From assembly GCA_000388065.2 (NCBI GenBank), contig KB932202.1: a DNA stretch of 64,000 bases; one strand, given 5' to 3'. A program made the translations under genes and the position numbers. The notes beneath the pieces are model-generated. The model was not told where the DNA came from, did not search any database, and was given only the letters and a program-made list of their open reading frames with translations. Shown here piece by piece: positions 57,840 through 64,000 of this stretch. The stretch is from Fonticula alba ATCC 38817. Taxonomy: Eukaryota; Protista; Nucleariida. How positions within the stretch are numbered: the stretch's first letter is position 1; each line of letters begins with the position of its first letter.

Positions 57840-59009
57840 GGGGGAAGACGGCAAGGGGGGCGTGGTCGCCCTGGGTGCCCCCGCAACCATAAGCGCATTC
57901 GGCCGCCGGCATGCAGTGAAAGGCCGCAACAGCCCTGTTAACTGTTCCGGGGCGGCCCGTGCGGGCTCCCAGTGCGGAGCCATGTGTAGACCCCAGAACC
58001 GGGTGCGGATCTCCCCCGCCCCCCCCCCCCCCCCCCCCTATAGATGGGGTGGCGGTGGAGCTGCGCGTGGGACCCTTGTGTCATTGCATGGCAAAGTCAG
58101 CCCCAATGCCAGTCCAGATGTACGGCCGATCCCCTCCCCCCCCCGCCCCCCAACCCCGCCGAGGGAGCCCGTGTTTGGCTGACCCCCTCGCTGGCCGGGG
58201 ACAGAGGGGGGAGGGGGTGGGGGAGCAGTTTCCCTGTGTCTTACAAGGCCCCTGGGGGGGAGGGCGCCGTGTCCGGCTCTTCGATGCGGAGCCAGATCGT
58301 CCAGGGCAAAGGGGTCAGACCGAATGCGTTCGGNNNNNNNNNNNNNNNNNNNNNNNNNNNNNNNNNNNNNNNNNNNNNNNNNNNNNNNNNNNNNNNNNNN
58401 NNNNNNNNNNGGGGAAACAGCCGACACCATTCTTCCGATCAGATCCGCGCCCCCCCCGCCCCCCTCCCTCCCCCCCGCCCCCCCCCCCCCCCCCCCCCTC
58501 CCCCGCGCCCCACCCGGTGCTCAAGGGCTGTGGTCATGAAAAAGGCGCAAAGGCCAGCGAAGATCACACACATATCTTTATTCTCATGTAGATGTGGGAG
58601 GGCGGGCAGGAAAAGGCAAGGAGGGGAAGTTTCGCCTCTCTCCTCCCGAGCGGGCGCGCGCGCGCGCGCGTGTGTGTATATATATGAAAAAAGGAGGGCA
58701 TTAGCGCGTAGTTCTCAGGTCAAGGACGGGGGGTTATCCATGGAGGACAGGGGAGGGGAGGGAGAGAGAGAGAGAGGGATGGAAAGAGAGGGACAGGGGG
58801 GGGGACACGAAGCGGAGACACATGTCCATATGTGTTCCTGTGGCTTGTCCGCGGCACTGTCGCCTTTTATACTAAAATACAGAATACGGGCTGGCTGGCT
58901 AGCTGGCTGAGAGGTGGGAGGGAGTGAAAATGGGCGTGCATGCGCGCTACATCAAAGCATGCCCCCCTCAGGTGAGTGCATAGACACACCGTACGGTGGC
59001 TGTTGCGAC

Positions 59010-62000
59010 TCAGAAGGCAATCAAAGGATCGATGTCCACAATCCACTCCTGCATGGACGTGTGGGCGCGCCGTCCAGGCGGAAGAAGGTCGGCGAGGAAG
59101 GGCAGGGGAAGGCACGTGTCAGACACCACATTCGAGGGCATTCGGATCCGGCAAAGAGAGAGAGAGAGAGAGGGCATGCTAAGTGCCAGTGGGGACAGAG
59201 GGCTGGCGCGCCGCGGAAGTGTCCTCGTGGAGGTGGGCGCGATGACTGCTCGCGCTCTTGCTGTGACAGAAGGGTTGGGAGGGGGGGGGGGGGAAAGAGA
59301 GGGACGCACATTCTCCGATGGGCCAGGCGTGAGGTGCTCGATGGTGCACTGGATGAAGATCAGCGAGGAGGTGGCAGCCCGAGCACGTTCGACAGTCGGC
59401 AGACCATCGAGGTTGAAGCTGGAGTAGTGCCATTGGTGAGGGACAAGAGGGAGGCAGGGGGGCAGGGAGGGAGCTTCTACGGTCAGCGGAACAGGGCAGG
59501 ATGGGGACAGTCAAACAAGGCGCAGGCCAATATGTAGCCCGGCCCGGGAAGGGGGGGGGGAACGTGTGCGAGGCAAGAGAGAAGCAGCGGAGGTACGGGT
59601 GTGGCACAAAGTGTGCTCAGCCAGCCAGGCACGGCTGCGCGCGATGCGCGCAGCGCCGTGCATACACGCACATGTTCTTGGTGATATGGCGCAGGGAAAG
59701 GTCCGACAGGATGAAGCGGGTCTTCTTCTGCATCGAGGGGATGGACATCAGGCGCCACTCGGAGTTGGCGGAGTTTGGGGGGTCCGCCACGCGGATGAAC
59801 ATGCACTGGGATCCAACCTGGGGTCTGTGGTGGCGGAGGAACATCCGGGGAGGCACACGGGGCAGCGAGGCAGATCGTGATGAAAAAGGCCCGCGCGTAA
59901 AGGGGTTAGAGAAGGCAAAGAAAATGGGAGACACACACACAATAAAAAGGAGCGGGCAAGAGGCAGAGAGACACAGATAAAGAGGGAGCAAGGAAACCAA
60001 GAGCCGGATGAAGCACGCACGGGGGGGCATCCGCCAAAAGGGGCTGATTCTGCGAATGGCCACAGGGGAGGACGACGCAGTGCACGGGGGGGGGGGGATG
60101 GCAGGAGGCGGCAGGAGCACCAATGTGATTCCCAGGGTCAGAGCGATTTGGACGTGCAGCATATGAGAGGCGCGCGCGCGCGCACATGGAGGAGCAAGAA
60201 AGGCCAGTGCAAATGGAGAGCGGGAAAGGAGGGCAGCAGGAAAGCCCGTCACGCACCAGAACCATGCTCCCCCGCAGGCGCTTCTGCAGCTGAGCCAACA
60301 GCTCCGGCTGCCGGTCGAGGGCGCTGTGAAGCTGTTGCTCTCCAAGAGAAGCCAGATGGAAGATGCTCTGGTCGCGGAAGGCCAGGCCCGCATGCAGCAG
60401 GGTCAGGATGTTGTGCAGGTGCAGACGCTGCTCCGGGGTCGCGTGTTCCAGGATGTGATCCACCGCCGGATGGGCCTCCAGTTCCTGGAGGGACAGCTGC
60501 TGGAGGGAGGAGGCCATGGCATCGGCCCCGGCGCCGGATGCATCGGCCGCCTGGCGCAGGCACTCCCGCAGCGACTCCAGGCCATCCTCCAGGAGGGAGT
60601 TCACCGTGGCCAATTGGCCCTCAGCCGGCTGGGTCATGTCATACATGAACATGGCTCGGAGGTTGTGGAAGTCCGGGAAGTGCAGGTCCATCGGGGGCTG
60701 CTGGGCCCCGGGGGCCGGTGCCCCGCCGCCGTCACCGCCAGCAGGAGGGACGACGGCCGCTGCCCCGGCCCCCGGGCCAGACTGCGCATCGGCAAAGGCC
60801 CCCTCGTCGGCTGACAGGGGGGGAGGCGGCGAGAGCGGCCGAGCGTCGCCACCCGCAGGAGCCGACTCGCCGGTCGGGCTGCCGGCGCCGGGGCCACCAC
60901 CGGCCGCCGGGCCGGGGTCGGGCAGGTCCTGGTCGCCGCCATCGGCCAGCGCCCAGTCCGTCATGTTGATGGCATCCGCCGGGTTGGCCGGGCGATTGAG
61001 AGCCGCCTCATAGCTCCGCAGCAGGTCGTGAACCTCCTGCTGGTGCTGGTGCTCCTTGTCCGCCATCTGCTGGGCAAAGAGGGCATGCTCCTGCTCCAGG
61101 GCCTTCTCGTGCTTGGCATGGAGGGCCGCCTCGCGCTGGGCAAAGTTCCGCTCCAGGGAGGCCATCGCCTCCTTGTGGCTCTGCTGCTGGCGCTTCAGGA
61201 GATCCATCTGAGAGTAGTGCTTGGTCTCCAGGGAGTCGCGAGTGGCTTGGACCTGGGACCGAGCGGCGGCCAGTTCGGCCTCCAGCTCGGCCACCCGCAC
61301 ACGGGTGGCCTCCTGCTCCAGGCTGGCCGCCTTGCGGGCCGCCTCGGCCTCTTGCTTGAATTTGGCCGCAGCGGCTTGATGCTTGGTGGCGGCGGCGACG
61401 GCCGCCTCGGCGGCGGCCCGCTGCTTGTCCGCCTCGGCGGTGGCTTCGGCGGCTTCGGCCACGGCGGCGCGCGCCTCGGCATCGGCCCGTGCCGCGGCGG
61501 CCCGCAAACGGCCGGCCTCCTCGCGATCGGCCTCGGCCTCCTCGGCGATGGTCGCCGCACGGGCTGTGGCCTTTGCGGCCTCCTCCCGGGCGGCGGTGGC
61601 GTCATTCACCGCATCGCATGCCTCGAGGCGCGCCTGCCGGGCCTGGTCCTGAGCCGCGGCCAGCTGCTCCTGGGCGGCCTTGGCGCTGGCCTCCGCATGC
61701 TGGGCCTTGGTCCGGAGCTTGTCCGCCTCGGCGAGAGCCTTCTTCGTCTGGGCCTCGGCCCGAGAGAGGGCCGCCTCGGCGCGAGCCAACTCGTCACGAG
61801 CACGAGCCTCCTTGGCCCGACAGGCAGCAGCATCGGCAGCCGCGCCGCGAGCCGCCTCATCCGAGGCACGAGCCTCCGCACGGGCCGCCTCGGCGTCGGC
61901 CTCGGCCGCAGCCTGCTGTGCCGTCAGGTGGTCGATCTTTTCAAGGGCCGAGGTCAAATGCTCGTGGGTGGCTTCCAATTCGCGAGTCAGCTTCTCCAAG

Positions 62001-63853
62001 GAGGCCGACGCCGCGGCCAAAGCCTGCCCCGCTTCGCCGGCCTGGGCCCCGGCCTCCAGCGCGGCCATCTCGTGGGTGGACAATTCATCCGACAGGTCGG
62101 CGAGCTGGCGGCGGGCGGTTTCCAGCGCCGCCTCGGCCTCCTGGAGCTTGGACGCCTGCTCGGCGACGGCCTGATCCCGCGCCGAGACCAGACCCAAGCC
62201 CAGCTCCAGCAGGTGCCCCATGCATCGAGTGACCATGTCCCTTGTGAGGGCCAGGTCGCCGGTCGACTCGGCCCCCGGCGTCCGGGCAGAGGCGTCTTCC
62301 TCGTGCGTGGCCGCCGGGCCCGGGCCGGGATCCACCCCCGGGCCATCGCCCGACGCAAGGGCCCTCTGCTTGAGATGCTCCACCACCAGGGTCAGCTGCT
62401 GCTGGGCATCGGTCCAGCCAGCCGGGATGGAGAAGGAGATGCCCCCGCCATTCGGCGAGCTCAGCGTCTCGGCCAGCCGGGCCAGGGAGGCACTCACCGA
62501 GGCGGCCAAATCAAATGCCGCCCGCCGATCGGCCGCCGCCATGGTGGCGCGGCGATTGGCCGCGACGGTGGCGGTTTCCGCCTCCAACAGAGACGCCTTG
62601 TTGGTGACCAGCTCGGCCTGAGCGGCCTCCAGCTGGCCGGCGGTCTTTTGGAGGGCCGCCCGCAGGGTGTCCACCTGCTCCAGCAGGTCGTTCTGCTCGC
62701 GGGCGGTGGCGGCCAGCTTGGTGCTCAGGTCGGCGGCACGGGCCACCTCCGCCTCGAGTTCCGCCTGAGCCGCGGCCAATTGGGCGCGAAGCTGCTCCAT
62801 GCCGATGGCTGCCTCGGCCGTCGCCTGTTCCAAGGCACGCTGGCCATCCTCGCGCGCCTTGCGCAGGGTGTCGCACGCGGCGCTGCTCAGGTCCAGCTGC
62901 TCCTGCAGTTCGTCCAGCCGCGAGAGATTCTGAGTCAAGCGGTCGCGCAGGGCCTGGGCCTGTTCCTGAGACTCCTGGTACTTGGCCTCCATATCGGCGG
63001 CCTTGCGCACGGCGGCCTCCAAAACCGAGGCAAAGTTGTTGTGATCGGCGGCGGCGCCCTCGGCCGCACGCAGGGCCGCCAGGCGATCGGCATCCAGGGG
63101 CACGGCCCCGGGGGTATGGTGCAGCCCGGCCCCGACGGGGCCCCCGAGTCCGGCGTACACCGACGCCTCACCATCGATGTTCGGGTCCAGCATGGACCAG
63201 CCGTCATCCTGGCGCTCATCGAAGGGGCCCTGGTGGCTGTTGTCCGCCGAGTCGCCGGCCTGGTGGTGATGATGCTGGCCCATGCCCGGGAAGGCAGGGC
63301 CGCTGGACAGGAAGGACTCGCCCCCGGTCCCGGAGGCCGTGTTGGAGAAGAGCCCACCCGGGGGGGCGACGCCACCGGCGGCCGATCCGGGGTATGCCCC
63401 GGCCCCGGCGGCCATCGTCTGGCCCATTTGCGTCATCCGTCCGATGATTTCCTGAGACTCCTCGAGGTCGCGCTTGGTCTTAAGATGACAAGAGTAGAGG
63501 AGCTTGAGGTTGTGCTCAAGCACGGCAATGCGGTTCTCCTGGGGGCGTGTGCGTGTGCGTGCGTGTGTGTGTGTGCGCGAGAGAGAGAGAGAGAGTGTGA
63601 GGGTGTGCCGGGGCAGAGGGAGGTCAAGTGTGAGACCGAGCCACGCCAGAGGGCCCCGATGCCCGAAGGCCGGAGGACGTACGACTTCGGAGCTGGTGCG
63701 CCGTGGGGGGGCACCATGTTGTTGCTGTTGTTGTTGTTGTTGCTGCTGTTGCGGCTGAACTCCAGCAGCCGGGCGAGCTGGCGCCATGCCTGGGCTACCG
63801 TGGGCCTGATTCGGGCCGGTACCCGGGGCACCCGTGTTGGCAGCGGTGGCCAT
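59010..63853 (-). CDS. Long coiled-coil protein with a putative C-terminal ATG11/RB1CC1 (FIP200) Claw-like domain, about 1,250 aa, at least 5 exons
   Basis: Exons 63853-63683, 63538-60257, 59817-59672 and 59418-59310 have GT-AG boundaries with matching phases; a terminal exon 59048-59010 (EWIVDIDPLIAF*) is less certain. There is a coiled coil of roughly 600 aa rich in Ala/Glu and a poly-Gln N-terminus. The spliced C-terminus reads MVLVGSQCMFIR...EWRLMSIP...RFILSDLSL...LIFIQCTIEHL. The coding status is well supported, but the Claw assignment is inferred by eye. Confidence 0.65.
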
Positions 63854-64000
63854 CGTCGTGCGTGCGTGAGGCTGGAGGGGGAGACCAAGAGGAAGAGGCC
63901 GGGCGGGTTCAGCAGGAGGGTGGGGCGCGGGGGAGAAGGGTGGGGGGAGGGGAGTGGGGATGTCGTGTGAGCAGTGGGCTAGATGATGGCCGGGAGTCGA

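Noticed and set aside
56752-58182. ORFs of 250-460 aa spanning the large gap
   Set aside because: They consist mostly of X from the 682-N gap.
61028-63970. 980-aa plus-strand ORF opposite the coiled-coil gene
   Set aside because: It is an antisense shadow of an Ala/Glu-rich coding strand, giving the typical Leu/Gly-rich mirror translation.

Overview
GC-rich, intron-containing eukaryotic genomic DNA from a draft assembly with nine N-gaps, the largest at 57158-57839. The gene set (VPS13-like, SH3-DOCK, muskelin, WDSUB1-like, PCCA, mS37), the microsatellite and poly-C introns and the long Gly/Ala/Ser/Pro insertions suggest a unicellular opisthokont, Fonticula-like in style; this is an inference and was not verified. 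Nine protein-coding genes are supported: (1) a 5'-partial VPS13-family lipid-transfer protein of more than 5,200 aa, whose ORF is broken only by two assembly artefacts, one containing Illumina adapter sequence; (2) a His/Cys-rich bZIP factor; (3) a WD40-coiled coil-2xSAM-U-box protein; (4) a DOCK180-type Rac GEF; (5) mitoribosomal mS37/MRP10; (6) propionyl-CoA carboxylase alpha; (7) muskelin; (8) a small acidic coiled-coil protein with an N-terminal LIR/FIR-like motif; (9) a long coiled-coil protein whose spliced C-terminus resembles the ATG11/FIP200 Claw domain. I saw no rRNA, tRNA, CRISPR array or mobile element. The best leads are the adjacent Claw-like and LIR-like genes, the bZIP with a CGH..H.DH.DFL.DG.L.H metal-binding-like motif and a Cys-Cys basic region, the NPF/SPF arrays in VPS13, and a 5' splice-site consensus with C or T, never A, at +4. 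All homology calls come from reading motifs by eye; no database searches were run.
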